A DNA stretch of 64,000 nucleotides from Bacteroidota bacterium. GTDB taxonomy: Bacteria > Bacteroidota > Bacteroidia > AKYH767-A > OLB10. Below, one piece after another: positions 46,503 through 57,576 of this stretch. Under the pieces are notes generated by a model. That model was not told where the DNA came from and searched no databases. It saw only the letters and a program-made list of their open reading frames with translations. The position numbers were made by a program, and so were the translations under genes. Position 1 is the first letter of the stretch; each line of letters opens with the position of its first letter. Location of the stretch: the NCBI GenBank assembly GCA_029547265.1, contig JAKPPP010000178.1, positions 8,168 through 72,167 on the forward strand, read 5' to 3'.

Positions 46503-48689
46503 ATGAAAAAGTACATTTTTATTGCTTGTCTGTTGATGCAGGCGGCTACGACATTTGCGCAGAGTCGAAGTTGCTCTCCTTTTTTTTCAAAAACTAATAT
46601 TCCGCCGAATATTATTACAAATGAAATTCAGCTGAATGAAAAAGCTGCTAATGCAATCGCCAATGGATTTACACATGCAAACAAACTAGTTACACTTACA
46701 GTTCCAATGGTCTTTCATGTTGTTCACCAGAATGGTCCTGAGAATATTCCTGATAGTGTAATAATTAATTCTGTTAATGTATTAAACCAACGTTTTAGTA
46801 ATAGTGGTCCGTATAATTTTGGCAATGGCGTTAATGTTAACATTCAATTTTGTTTAGCGAGTACAGACCCTTGGGGAAATCCAACTAACGGAATAACGAG
46901 AGACACATCTTATTGGTCGGTATTTCCTGCGAATGCAGGTGGCAATGCCGATTTCATGATGAAAAATGTGAATCGTTGGAATCCCATGCGTTATTTGAAT
47001 GTATGGCTTCCAAAATCGACCATTTTTGCGATGCCTTCAAATGCATATAGCAGTTACCCATGGTATATCGGTTTGCCCATTGATGGTATTGTGATTGAAG
47101 CATTATCATTAGGAAATCCACATTTTCTTTTAGCACATGAAGTTGGACATTACTTAGGTTTGTATCACAACGACGAAGGAAATTCCTGTGTGAATCTTAA
47201 TTGCTTATTAGATGGAGATCATGTTTGCGATACTCCTCCGGAATATCAACCATTAGATTGTGCATTGAGTAGTTGCAATACTGATTTAGATGATACGACA
47301 GGATTTAGTCCTTTTACAATTGACACTATTGATATTTCAAACCTAATGTTACCTGTTCTTCCTTGCTTAAACTATGTGTTTACACAAGGGCAAGCTGATC
47401 GAATGAATTATTTTTTGAGTACAACGAGATCGTTGTTATTAGATGGGGCTTCATGTAGTGGAATTATTCCCAATATTCCTCAACCTACTGCGGGGATTCA
47501 AATTACGGGAAATGGATGTAATGGCTATGAATTCACATACACAGGAGCAAATGGTGAATATGTTGCATGGGATTTAAATAACGACGGACGAATCGACAAC
47601 AGCGGTACAACTTTCACTTACAGTTACCCGGCGCCCGGAACATATACCGTAGTACAATACGTATTCAACGGAGCAGGTTATACATCTGACAGCGTTGTAA
47701 TAAATGCATTGAACACCTCTAATACTAATTTCCCCATTCAAACGATAACCAGTTCAAATCAATCAAATAATGGTAATCTGTTATGCATGGGATCAACACT
47801 AACGTTAACGGCTATACCCAATATGGCTCATTATTATTGGAGCACAGGCGATACAACACAAACAATTTCGTTAACTGTAAATGGCCCTATAACTGTTTCT
47901 TTATCTTGCATAGATTCATTAGGAATTGTTTGGAAACATTGTCCGGATTCAACATTTACATGGGGTACATTACCTATTCCTGCTCCAATTACATTACAGC
48001 CCCTAACAAACGACACTCTTTGTGAAGGGCAGACTTTTAAGGCGCTAGTACCTTCACAGCTCGGCGCAAATGTGTGGCAATATTTAGGAAATGGATTCCC
48101 ATCCATTAATCAAGATACAATTTCCATTTCATATTGGAATAATCAATACATATGGTGTGCTGTAGTTATGGCTACTGCGAATTATTGCAAAAGGAACTCA
48201 GACACCTTATTAATTACGTTTAGCAGAAATATTGCGGGACCGATAATTCCTGGGCAAAACGGATTAACTCTCTGGATAAATGACTCAGCCAATTTTCATC
48301 AGTGGTATTTAAATGGAGTATTACTTCAAGGCGTAACATCGGATACGATTACTGTATCGACCAATGGTTGCTTTACCTATGCAGCATGGGATGTTGATTC
48401 TTCATGCTCAACTACATCAGATCCAATTTGTATAACAACAGCAGGTATAAACGCATACGACAAAAGTGAAATCAATTTATATCCTAATCCTACCGAAGGA
48501 ATTTGTTACTTTGAAATGAAAGGAATAAAAGGGAATCAAGTAAGGTTATTTGATGCTATAGGAAGAATTATTCCTGTAAAAGTGGAGCAACTAACCGACA
48601 GTAAAATAAAGATAACTTTAGAAAATATTATTCCGGGATTTTACTTTGTATATTTAGAAGGCTTAAGAAAAATTTTAATTGTAAAATAA
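46503..48689 (+). CDS. M43 (pappalysin/cytophagalysin)-like zinc metalloprotease with a T9SS sorting domain
   Basis: Metzincin motif HEVGHYLGLYHN. Signal peptide. C-terminal INLYPNPTEGICYFE...GFYFVYLEG. Confidence 0.8.
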   Translation: MKKYIFIACLLMQAATTFAQSRSCSPFFSKTNIPPNIITNEIQLNEKAANAIANGFTHANKLVTLTVPMVFHVVHQNGPENIPDSVIINSVNVLNQRFSNSGPYNFGNGVNVNIQFCLASTDPWGNPTNGITRDTSYWSVFPANAGGNADFMMKNVNRWNPMRYLNVWLPKSTIFAMPSNAYSSYPWYIGLPIDGIVIEALSLGNPHFLLAHEVGHYLGLYHNDEGNSCVNLNCLLDGDHVCDTPPEYQPLDCALSSCNTDLDDTTGFSPFTIDTIDISNLMLPVLPCLNYVFTQGQADRMNYFLSTTRSLLLDGASCSGIIPNIPQPTAGIQITGNGCNGYEFTYTGANGEYVAWDLNNDGRIDNSGTTFTYSYPAPGTYTVVQYVFNGAGYTSDSVVINALNTSNTNFPIQTITSSNQSNNGNLLCMGSTLTLTAIPNMAHYYWSTGDTTQTISLTVNGPITVSLSCIDSLGIVWKHCPDSTFTWGTLPIPAPITLQPLTNDTLCEGQTFKALVPSQLGANVWQYLGNGFPSINQDTISISYWNNQYIWCAVVMATANYCKRNSDTLLITFSRNIAGPIIPGQNGLTLWINDSANFHQWYLNGVLLQGVTSDTITVSTNGCFTYAAWDVDSSCSTTSDPICITTAGINAYDKSEINLYPNPTEGICYFEMKGIKGNQVRLFDAIGRIIPVKVEQLTDSKIKITLENIIPGFYFVYLEGLRKILIVK

Positions 48690-48768
48690 TTAATCTAATT
48701 TTTGCCTGTATAAAAAGAAAAGCTGCTAACAATAGCAGCTTTTCTTTTTATTATGAAAGATGGAATTA

Positions 48769-49350
48769 TTAATTCGACTTCCTCACATATTTTGTTAAGA
48801 TAATAATCGATTGCCCTTCAATTTTACCTTCAATTTGTTCGGTATTATCAGAAACTAGTTTAATATTCTTAACTACAGTTCCGATTTTAGCGTTAATTTG
48901 AGAACCTTTAACATCTAACGATTTAGTTAAAGTGATAGAATCACCTGAAACTAATACAGCTCCATTGCAATCTCGGTGCATATCATTACTGTCAGATTCC
49001 AAATGATCACCTGTAGCTTTTGCCCACTCTAAATTATCATCATCGAGGTACAATTGATCGATAAGGTCAGCTGCCCATGTTTCGTTTTTCATTCGGTTGA
49101 GCATTCTCCAGGAAACCACTTGCACGGCAGGAACTTCACTCCACATACTTCCGCTCAAACACGACCAATGCTTTACATCTATTTCCTCTTTCTTATCAAG
49201 TTGAGCTAAACACTTATCGCATACAAACACACAAGTATCGGGACGAGAGCCGCCATCAGGTGGAACTGTATATACTGATAAGTCATTTGTTGATTGGCAA
49301 AGTTCGCAGGAATTACCACTCCTTTCTTTCAATTGTGTTTCGAAAGCCAT
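48769..49350 (-). CDS. phnA: PhnA-domain protein (long form)
   Basis: N-terminal Cys4 zinc ribbon (CELC...CDKC). C-terminal PhnA domain DCNGAVLVSGDSITLTKSLDVKGS...IEGKIEGQSIIILTKYVRK. Confidence 0.75.
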   Translation of the reverse strand: MAFETQLKERSGNSCELCQSTNDLSVYTVPPDGGSRPDTCVFVCDKCLAQLDKKEEIDVKHWSCLSGSMWSEVPAVQVVSWRMLNRMKNETWAADLIDQLYLDDDNLEWAKATGDHLESDSNDMHRDCNGAVLVSGDSITLTKSLDVKGSQINAKIGTVVKNIKLVSDNTEQIEGKIEGQSIIILTKYVRKSN

Positions 49351-49502
49351 GATTAATTATTTGAGGGTGCAAAAGTACGGATTTTTATGTCAAGTTAAAA
49401 GCAGACATCAATCATATGTTATGACCTCAGGATTTTGAAAAAGGCTTTTTAACCCATTCGCAAATCACTTCATTTAGCATTTCAACCATTTTACCTTCAT
49501 TT

Positions 49503-50744
49503 ATGCCTATCTTTGAGTATTATCTATACAAATTACCATTGAACTTTAAAGATTTCCCATTTGTTTCAGCGCTTCAAGAAGGATTGGATGCGATGAATTT
49601 CAACAATCCTACACCAATACAAGAGCTAGCTATTCCAATTATACTCGAAGGGAATGATTTGGTGGCTTGTGCACAAACCGGTACTGGTAAGACAGCTGCA
49701 TATGTGCTACCAATTCTTGATCGTATAGCTCGATCAGACCATAATCATTTAAATACTTTAATCATTGCACCTACACGCGAGTTAGCACAACAAATAGATC
49801 AACAGATTGAAGGATTCAGTTATTTTACTCGTGCTTGTTCAATATCAATTTATGGCGGCGGCGATGGTAAGGCTTGGGAACAACAGCAAAAAGCGTTACG
49901 AGAAGGAGCAGACATAATTATCGCTACTCCGGGGCGACTACTTGCATTGATGGCACAAAAAGATGTTGATTTCAGTTTTTTAAAACATTTAGTATTAGAT
50001 GAAGCGGACAGAATGCTCGATATGGGATTTTATGAAGACATCCTTCGCATCATTAAAGAGCTTCCTGTTAAACGACAAACTTTGCTGTTTTCGGCAACGA
50101 TGCCTCCGCGTATTCGTAAAATGGCCAATCAGATTTTAAATCATCCGAAGGAAATAAGTATTGCAGTATCTAAACCTGCTGAAAAAATCAGACAAGATTT
50201 CTACTCGATAGAAAACACACAGAAGATTCCAATGATTCTTGACATTTTAAAGAATCCAGAATTTGAATCTGTTATCATTTTTGCATCAACGAAAGAAAAT
50301 GTAAAAAAGTTAAATATCGTTTTACAAAAATCGGGATTAAAAACTTCAGCCTTTCACTCCGACTTAGAACAAAGTCAACGAGAAGAGTTGATGCGTGATT
50401 TCAAAAGTAAGAGAACAAAAGTTCTAGTAGGAACCGATGTATTATCGAGGGGAATCGACGTAGAAGGAATTAGTTTGGTAGTCAATTTTGATGTGCCACC
50501 TGATCCGGAGGATTATATTCACCGAATAGGAAGAACAGCGCGAGCAAAAGAATCGGGAGTAGCAATAACGTTTGTTAATTCACATGACAAGCAACGATTT
50601 CATCGAATAGAAAAACTCATCGGACATACCATTAAATTTATTCCAATTCCTGAGCATATTGGTGTATCAGAAGCGATTTCTGAAGCCCCTAAACGCAAGC
50701 ATCCACAGAGAAGACCACCGCAGAAAGGGAATGGACCGAAATAG
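49503..50744 (+). CDS. DEAD-box ATP-dependent RNA helicase
   Basis: Q motif (PTPIQ), AQTGTGKT, DEAD (VLDEADRML), SAT, and HRIGRTARA. Basic C-terminal tail. Confidence 0.9.
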   Translation: MPIFEYYLYKLPLNFKDFPFVSALQEGLDAMNFNNPTPIQELAIPIILEGNDLVACAQTGTGKTAAYVLPILDRIARSDHNHLNTLIIAPTRELAQQIDQQIEGFSYFTRACSISIYGGGDGKAWEQQQKALREGADIIIATPGRLLALMAQKDVDFSFLKHLVLDEADRMLDMGFYEDILRIIKELPVKRQTLLFSATMPPRIRKMANQILNHPKEISIAVSKPAEKIRQDFYSIENTQKIPMILDILKNPEFESVIIFASTKENVKKLNIVLQKSGLKTSAFHSDLEQSQREELMRDFKSKRTKVLVGTDVLSRGIDVEGISLVVNFDVPPDPEDYIHRIGRTARAKESGVAITFVNSHDKQRFHRIEKLIGHTIKFIPIPEHIGVSEAISEAPKRKHPQRRPPQKGNGPK

Positions 50745-50749
50745 GTTAT

Positions 50750-51748
50750 TTAGTACTTAATTCTCTTTGATATTTTCAAAAATATTTTTTCTACACTTAC
50801 ATAATAGAGGAAAGCAAAAGCGATCGAAATAACTATCGCCAGCGAAAACCTGATTTCTTGTGAAAACATTTTTATTGTGAATAATCCTACTGCTCCTCCT
50901 ACTAAACCATGAGTCAGATATAGTGAATATGATATCTTCCCGAAAAAATCGGAAACTTTTGTTTTTACATTGAAATAGAAAATGCCCAAAAGTGTAAATA
51001 AGGCGGCTATTGATGCAGTGTCCAGAACATAAAAATAAATAAAGAGAATTCCTGCAGCTGCAGATAAAAGATATTCTCTTACCTCGATTCTCTTAATTAC
51101 AAACAAAAATGTTTGAAAGCCTAGTGCAAAAAAGACGTAATAATTTAGCACAGTAAAATATTTTTCAGGAATCAACATTCCAATTCCTATTAAGGCTAAC
51201 ATTATAGTGTATCTTATTGATGCCTTTTTCAAGAGTAAATTATATGTTAGCCCTGTTAGAATATAAAACTGGAATTCTACGGCGAGAGTCCAAAAGATAA
51301 CTATAATCCATTTTACTCCGAAGAAAGGAGCTAAATAAGTAACATTCAAAATAAATTGTTTGGCATCATAGAGGATTTCTTTTCCTTGTCCTCGAAAATG
51401 AAATAGCCAATAATTCCATATTAGCAATATCATTATGAATATTACATATGGTGGTTCTATCCTGACCGTTCTCTTTGCAATATACTTCCAGAAACTTTTC
51501 AGTTGATAATTCTTAACATACATCGAATACGGTATTACAAATCCTGAAACGATAAAGAAAATGTAAACCCCTAGATAGCCTTGTTCAAATGCTTTTGTGA
51601 TCCAATTAGGATTGAATGTCCACCAAATATACTTCTTTACATGAAAAATACAAACCATTAATGAAGCAATTCCTCGTAACCAATCGAGGCTGACTATGGG
51701 TGCACTTAACCCGATATCGGGTATAGAAGATTGACGAGATTCACTCAT
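50750..51748 (-). CDS. acyltransferase family 3 integral membrane protein
   Basis: About 10 hydrophobic segments. N-terminal LDWLRGIASLMVCIFH motif. Confidence 0.8.
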   Translation of the reverse strand: MSESRQSSIPDIGLSAPIVSLDWLRGIASLMVCIFHVKKYIWWTFNPNWITKAFEQGYLGVYIFFIVSGFVIPYSMYVKNYQLKSFWKYIAKRTVRIEPPYVIFIMILLIWNYWLFHFRGQGKEILYDAKQFILNVTYLAPFFGVKWIIVIFWTLAVEFQFYILTGLTYNLLLKKASIRYTIMLALIGIGMLIPEKYFTVLNYYVFFALGFQTFLFVIKRIEVREYLLSAAAGILFIYFYVLDTASIAALFTLLGIFYFNVKTKVSDFFGKISYSLYLTHGLVGGAVGLFTIKMFSQEIRFSLAIVISIAFAFLYYVSVEKIFLKISKRIKY

Positions 51749-51882
51749 TATTATAAAAGCAACATGATATTCCTATCTGTTGCCAAATTGCAGTTGATTA
51801 GATTGGTATTAAGGGTGCAAAGTTATTTAAATAACCAATGTAATCTGTTTTAAAATTCCAATCCTAAAATAGCGATTCGGGA

Positions 51883-54800
51883 TTAGTTCACTACAATTTT
51901 TAACAAGCTCGGACCAGAGAAATCTTCTATTTTCAAAGCATACATTCCTGAAGCAATACCCGGCATTGTTATCTCGACATCTTTCCCTTTTATATGATCG
52001 CTTTGAGCAACAATTTGTCCGGCCATATCCATCACTTGAACAGAGATTAAATCTGTTTCACCATTTGAAGATACAAGATGAATTGATTGATGTTTTGGAT
52101 CGTAATATCCATAAAAACTATTTCCCGATTGATCGAATCGAACACTAATAATATCAGAATATGCAAATTTTCCGTCGAAATCTGTTTGCTTCAAACGATA
52201 ATATGAAACACCTTGAAGAGGATGCAAATCAAAATCTTCGTAGCTATGTAACAAAGTTGATGTTCCTGCTCCGTCTTTTGTTAGTAAATCATAAAAGTTA
52301 ATTGCATCATTAGATCTTTCAACAGTAAAATAATCATTGTTAATTTCGGTTGCTGTTGACCAAGCTAGTTTCACATCACGATTTCTTGCAGTTGCATCAA
52401 ATGCCAGTAATGTAATTGGCAAAGGAGCGCCGAGTAAGACTATAGTACCTGTAGAAATACAATCGTTGGTATCCTTTATAGAAATGCTATAAGAGCCGGC
52501 GGCAAGGCAAGGAAAAACATTTGAAGTTTGATAGGTGGTTCCATCAATGCTGTATACAAATGGTGCTGCTCCGCCCGAAGATGTTACTACAATATTTCCT
52601 GTTCCACAAATACTAATTGAGTCAGTTAGCGTTATTGTTGGTCCAGGAACATTCGGAATTAATACTGATGAAGTGCTAATACAATTATTAGAATCTTTTA
52701 CAGTAAGGGTTACTGTACCTGCTACTAAGCCTGTGAATAAAAATCCTGGTTGGTAGTTTATTGCATCTAGCGAATATTGATACGGCATCGTTCCTGAAGT
52801 TACTGTAGCAATTAATTTTCCGGTCGGTTTATTGCAATAGGAATCAGTAGTAGTTGTTGAAACAGAAGGTCCGGGAATATTTCCAAGTGTTACATTAGTT
52901 GTACTTACACAATTATTCGCATCTTTTAATGTTACGGCATAAGGACCTGATGCTAATCCGGAAAATACAGAAGACACCTGAAATGTTATTCCGTCGATTG
53001 AATATTTATATGGTGTTGTTCCATTTGTTCCGCTGACTGAAATTTTTCCGTTACTATTTCCACAAGTAGATGCTTGAGGTGATACAGAAATAATAGGTTC
53101 TGAAACTGCAGTAACAGACACTGTAGAGGCATTTGAACAATTAGTAGCATCTTTCACAACAACAGAGTAAGAACCTGAAGTTAATCCCGTGAAGAAATTA
53201 CTCACTTGAAAGTTCACCCCATCTAAACTGTACGTATATGGAGCAGTACCTCCACCTGCATTTATGGTAATGGTTCCATTGTTAGTAGAACATGAAGCAT
53301 TTGTTATTGCTGTTGCAACTGTTGGACCATTTGAATTAGGAATAACAACAATGATTGAGTTACGACAAACGTTATCGGCATCGCGAACTGTTAAAGTATA
53401 AGAACCCGCTGACAATCCTGTAAACAAAGTTCCCGGTTGAAATGTAACTCCTCCATCGATACTATATCTATATGGTGCAGTACCAGAGAAACCAGTTGCG
53501 TTAATCGTTCCATTTACACTACCGCAAGAAGCAGGTGTAACTACTGCAGAAACCTGAGGACCTGCAATATTTCCAACAGTTACAGTTACTGTATTGATAC
53601 AACCATTATCATCTCTAACAATTACAGTATATACACCAGGAGGAACATTGTTGAATGTTGTGCTTCCTTGAAAATTAACTCCGTCGATACTATATTTCTT
53701 AGGGTTTTTTCCTCCATTCCCATTTGCATCTATTCTTCCATTCGCTTGACCGCATTCCGCTGCTGTTGTTGTTGCAGTAACAGTAGGGCCGGAACCACCA
53801 CCCACATTTGAAACAATAACAGTTGTAGTCGCAGTACAATTGATTGCATCTTTAATTGACACTGTATATACTCCTTGAGCTAATGCTGAAAAGACATTGC
53901 TAGTTTGATATGTAACTCCATTAATGGAATATACATATGGTGACGTTCCACTTGATCCTAACGCGGTAATGCTTCCATTCGGATTATTACACGAGGTAGC
54001 GGTAGCAGTTGCTGTTACAGACGGCGGATTAACTGAAGTTACAGTTACTAACATCTTCGCAGTACAGTTTCCGGCATCTTTAACAATGACATTATATGTA
54101 CCTGCTGCGACAGCAGTAAATGAACCTGAACTTTGAAAGGAAACACCATTAATTGAATATTGCAGAGGAGCAACTCCTCCGGTTCCAACTAATATTATTG
54201 TCCCAGTTGGTGCAGAGCATGATGTTACAGTTGAAGTTGCTGCTATTGTTAATCCGTTAGCGTTAGGAACAACAACTGAAGTTAAAGTATGCGTACAACC
54301 TGCTGCATCTTTTATAATAAGATTATACGTACCGGATGCTAATCCGCTGAATACTGTCGAGGCTTGAAAAGTGATTCCATCAAGTGAAAACAAATATGGC
54401 AAAATTCCTCCTGTTCCAGTCGCTGTAATTACTCCATCATTCACTCCACATGTTGCTGCAGTAGCTGTTGCTGCAACTTGAGGAGTAGTTACTCCAATAG
54501 CAATTGCCACAGTATTTTGACAACCATTTGCATCACGTGCAATAATTGTATATGTCCCTGCCGTTAACCCAGAGAAAGTTAGCCCTGCTTGAAATGTAAC
54601 TCCTCCATTCACGCTAAAAAGAACGGGGGCTTTACCTCCGGTTGAACTTACTGTAATAGTTCCTGTAGGTAAGCTGCAAGAAGAAGGAGTTGTAGTTGCA
54701 GTAACCAGCGGTGCAGGTTGATCAACAATAGTAAATGGAGTTGAATTAAAACAATTGACTGCATCTTTAATTGTTAAAGAATATGTCCCGGCAGGAAGTC

Positions 54801-57576
54801 CTGTAAATACATCTCCCACTTGATAATTCACTCCGTTAATTGAATATAGATATGGCGGGGTTCCTCCTGAAACAACTGCGGTAACACTTCCATTACTATT
54901 TCCGCAACTTGCCGCAAGAGGATTAGCAGCGAGTGTTGTCCCTCCCGTACTATTCAAAGTTATACTCGTGCTATTAGTACAATCGGTATTATCACGGATT
55001 GTTACAATATAACTTCCGCTTGATAATCCTGAAAATGCGTTTGATGTTTGAAAGGCTCCGTTATTAAGAGAATACTGATATGGTGCAGTTCCAAGAGAAC
55101 CTGTAATTGTAATTGTTCCGCTAGCTGTTCCGCAAAAAGCATCTGTTTTAGTTACTGACAATGCCGGTCCGTTGGAGTTTGCAACAGAAACAATTGAAGA
55201 ACTCAAGCATCCATTTGCATCCTGTGCATAAACAGTATAGCTACCTGCTGTTAAACTATTAAATGTACCGGACGGGAAAAAATTAGTGCCGTTTATACTA
55301 TATGATACTGCACCTACTCCACCGGTTGATGATAAATTAATTATTCCTGTTGCGTTTCCGCAAGTAGTATTCGTTACTGTGTTAGAAATTACCGGTCCCG
55401 CAATTGTAAAATTGGTAATCGTTTCTGTTCCGCTGCATACTTGATTAACGATTGCATGCATCGAATAATTTACATTCAAGGATAGATTATTAAATACTCC
55501 TGTTGTATTCGATGCAATTTGCGTTACGCCGTTGTAGAGAAGATAAGTAACTGTTGAGCCTGCAGGTGGCGCCGGACTAATACTTGCTGTTGCAGAATTA
55601 GTGCTACAGTTTTTCAAAACATTGACTGAGTACACAGCGCTACCGCAACTATAAGAAGAGATATCGAATGAAGCTACAAAGCCATCGCCGCAAGCGTATA
55701 GTAAATGTTGTGCATTATTTAGGACTAAATCGTACACCGACTGCAAAGCAAATCCGGGGATAGTAATATCCGGTTGCAATGCATCATCGAAAATAGTTCC
55801 ATTGAATTTGTAAACTTTAATTGTTCCGTTGGGAAATCCTACGAAGATATTATTACACTCATCGGCGATAATTCCTCCTTGCATCAGAGCTACATTGGCT
55901 GCTATTGCTAATGGTGTTCCTACTCCGGCTCCTGTAGCCTTATTAAAAGCCTTTAAATTTTTTCCGTCCCAATAAAAAAGATAATTACTGTTTACCGCGA
56001 ATAAATTTGCTGAGTTATCAATTTGTCCTGCTACAAAATAAGGGCGGTTTGCAATTTCTTGTAGAGTAGCAAAACCTGAAGGTACATTCCAAGCAAGAGT
56101 TGTATTTGTATATGGTGCAGGATTCTTGTAAATACGATTACTGATAGTAGGAGTACCAATTAACGATGCATAAATAGTGTACATATCGTTATTAGTGGGA
56201 TCAATAATAATATCGACAACATCTTGAGCCCATCCTGTTGTTCCAACGAAAGGAACATTTGTAACGTTGGTAGCTGTTAATGTTGTATTCGGAGGAGAAA
56301 ACACACCAATATTAATATTGGAGTTTGTTCCTCCACCTGCAATAACAATTTGCGGAGTTCCATTATTACAACTCCATAACATTTTCCAATCTTCAAGGAA
56401 ATTAGGATTAGCAGTCGTGATATAGTTATCATAAAGTCCGGCAGCATTTAATCTAATTACGCGAAATCCGCCGGTTGGTGCGAAACCTTGTCCAAGATAA
56501 ACATTACCCGAATTTTTTTCTACCACCCATCCTCCGTAATAAGTTCCAAATGTCCATGCCGGCACAGTTAACGTACCCGAGAAAGTCCATTGTAAAACAC
56601 CGTTGGCATCGAACTTCGCCATCTTATAAATATTACCATCACCACCACCGGTAACAAAAACATTCCCTGCATAATCGAAATCGACATCTTTCGCTTTTCC
56701 TGCATTTCCTCCAGTTAAATTGCTTGTTGAAGAAACAAAGGGATCTAAAATGAAAGTTTCTGATTTATTGATTTCAGTATTTACGTGAAATGAAATAGTA
56801 TGATCATTGATTATAAAATTAGAAGCAATATTTTGATCTGAATTAATTCGTCCTGTTGATTGATAATAAGAAATTGGGAGTGACTCTTTGAAACCTGTGA
56901 TATCTGATTTTACAATTAAATTTCCATGACGATCTTTTTTTATTGACCTTACATCACCACCAACATTAAACTTTACGATTGACAAATCGGCGCCCGGGTG
57001 AACAATCAATTGATATTCGAATCCCGGACGTGTAGCATCAACGAAAAAATATTCTAAGTCTATTCCAGGATAAAGATCTTTGTAAGTAATCTTTTTAAAA
57101 CCATACGCTACTGCTTGAAGATAACCGTAAGTATTATAACCCGGTGCAGAATCGCTGCATGCAATTTTACAATTGGGATTAGCGTTTATCCATTCAATTG
57201 AAATTGCTCTATCAGTTACTTTTACTTTTTTCGCAATATCTTCTTTAGTCATTCCTTTCTTCTCCATGCGTTCTCTTTCCTCTTCGCCGGGTTGTTTTAC
57301 TTTACGTTGGAGATGGATGATCCCTTTTGGGGTAAAAAGCACCGGCATATCGAAGCCTTCGTAACCGTAAAGAATTGGTCCCATTTTCGAAAATCCGGCT
57401 AAAGTGTCGCCATATTGACCTGCATTTGTGACAAATCGTGTACGAGTGCCATACAAATCTGAAGTACCCTTTGAATTGGTTCTAGTTGTATAAATTGAAT
57501 TCTCCTGAGCCTTTGACGAAATTGTCATTGTGCTCATTATCAACACTATAAACACGTAACGGAGAAAGTAATTCAT
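51883..57576 (-). CDS. giant (1897-aa) cell-surface adhesin with 13 tandem SprB repeats and a C-terminal sorting region
   Basis: Signal peptide. Repeats of about 76 aa with the pattern C-G/S-x-x-x-G-x-I...GG-x-x-P-Y-x-YS-[IL]-[DN]-G...F-x-G-L-x-x-G-x-Y...[KR]D-x-x-x-C. C-terminal domain ending GMYALKIEDFSGPSLLKIVVN. Confidence 0.85.
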   Translation of the reverse strand: MNYFLRYVFIVLIMSTMTISSKAQENSIYTTRTNSKGTSDLYGTRTRFVTNAGQYGDTLAGFSKMGPILYGYEGFDMPVLFTPKGIIHLQRKVKQPGEEERERMEKKGMTKEDIAKKVKVTDRAISIEWINANPNCKIACSDSAPGYNTYGYLQAVAYGFKKITYKDLYPGIDLEYFFVDATRPGFEYQLIVHPGADLSIVKFNVGGDVRSIKKDRHGNLIVKSDITGFKESLPISYYQSTGRINSDQNIASNFIINDHTISFHVNTEINKSETFILDPFVSSTSNLTGGNAGKAKDVDFDYAGNVFVTGGGDGNIYKMAKFDANGVLQWTFSGTLTVPAWTFGTYYGGWVVEKNSGNVYLGQGFAPTGGFRVIRLNAAGLYDNYITTANPNFLEDWKMLWSCNNGTPQIVIAGGGTNSNINIGVFSPPNTTLTATNVTNVPFVGTTGWAQDVVDIIIDPTNNDMYTIYASLIGTPTISNRIYKNPAPYTNTTLAWNVPSGFATLQEIANRPYFVAGQIDNSANLFAVNSNYLFYWDGKNLKAFNKATGAGVGTPLAIAANVALMQGGIIADECNNIFVGFPNGTIKVYKFNGTIFDDALQPDITIPGFALQSVYDLVLNNAQHLLYACGDGFVASFDISSYSCGSAVYSVNVLKNCSTNSATASISPAPPAGSTVTYLLYNGVTQIASNTTGVFNNLSLNVNYSMHAIVNQVCSGTETITNFTIAGPVISNTVTNTTCGNATGIINLSSTGGVGAVSYSINGTNFFPSGTFNSLTAGSYTVYAQDANGCLSSSIVSVANSNGPALSVTKTDAFCGTASGTITITGSLGTAPYQYSLNNGAFQTSNAFSGLSSGSYIVTIRDNTDCTNSTSITLNSTGGTTLAANPLAASCGNSNGSVTAVVSGGTPPYLYSINGVNYQVGDVFTGLPAGTYSLTIKDAVNCFNSTPFTIVDQPAPLVTATTTPSSCSLPTGTITVSSTGGKAPVLFSVNGGVTFQAGLTFSGLTAGTYTIIARDANGCQNTVAIAIGVTTPQVAATATAATCGVNDGVITATGTGGILPYLFSLDGITFQASTVFSGLASGTYNLIIKDAAGCTHTLTSVVVPNANGLTIAATSTVTSCSAPTGTIILVGTGGVAPLQYSINGVSFQSSGSFTAVAAGTYNVIVKDAGNCTAKMLVTVTSVNPPSVTATATATSCNNPNGSITALGSSGTSPYVYSINGVTYQTSNVFSALAQGVYTVSIKDAINCTATTTVIVSNVGGGSGPTVTATTTAAECGQANGRIDANGNGGKNPKKYSIDGVNFQGSTTFNNVPPGVYTVIVRDDNGCINTVTVTVGNIAGPQVSAVVTPASCGSVNGTINATGFSGTAPYRYSIDGGVTFQPGTLFTGLSAGSYTLTVRDADNVCRNSIIVVIPNSNGPTVATAITNASCSTNNGTITINAGGGTAPYTYSLDGVNFQVSNFFTGLTSGSYSVVVKDATNCSNASTVSVTAVSEPIISVSPQASTCGNSNGKISVSGTNGTTPYKYSIDGITFQVSSVFSGLASGPYAVTLKDANNCVSTTNVTLGNIPGPSVSTTTTDSYCNKPTGKLIATVTSGTMPYQYSLDAINYQPGFLFTGLVAGTVTLTVKDSNNCISTSSVLIPNVPGPTITLTDSISICGTGNIVVTSSGGAAPFVYSIDGTTYQTSNVFPCLAAGSYSISIKDTNDCISTGTIVLLGAPLPITLLAFDATARNRDVKLAWSTATEINNDYFTVERSNDAINFYDLLTKDGAGTSTLLHSYEDFDLHPLQGVSYYRLKQTDFDGKFAYSDIISVRFDQSGNSFYGYYDPKHQSIHLVSSNGETDLISVQVMDMAGQIVAQSDHIKGKDVEITMPGIASGMYALKIEDFSGPSLLKIVVN
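52430..55390 (-). repeat. 13 tandem SprB-type coding repeats of about 228 bp
   Basis: I counted 13 units by their Cys-Gly/Ser...Gly starts (TTCGNATG, AFCGTASG, ASCGNSNG, SSCSLPTG, ATCGVNDG, TSCSAPTG, TSCNNPNG, AECGQANG, ASCGSVNG, ASCSTNNG, STCGNSNG, SYCNKPTG, SICGTGN). Boundaries are approximate. Confidence 0.75.

Noticed and set aside
52430-55390. Regularly spaced repeats that might be mistaken for a CRISPR array or other non-coding repeat.
   Set aside because: The units are about 228 bp, are in frame, and encode SprB repeats inside one continuous 1897-aa ORF. No short direct repeats with unique spacers occur anywhere in the window.
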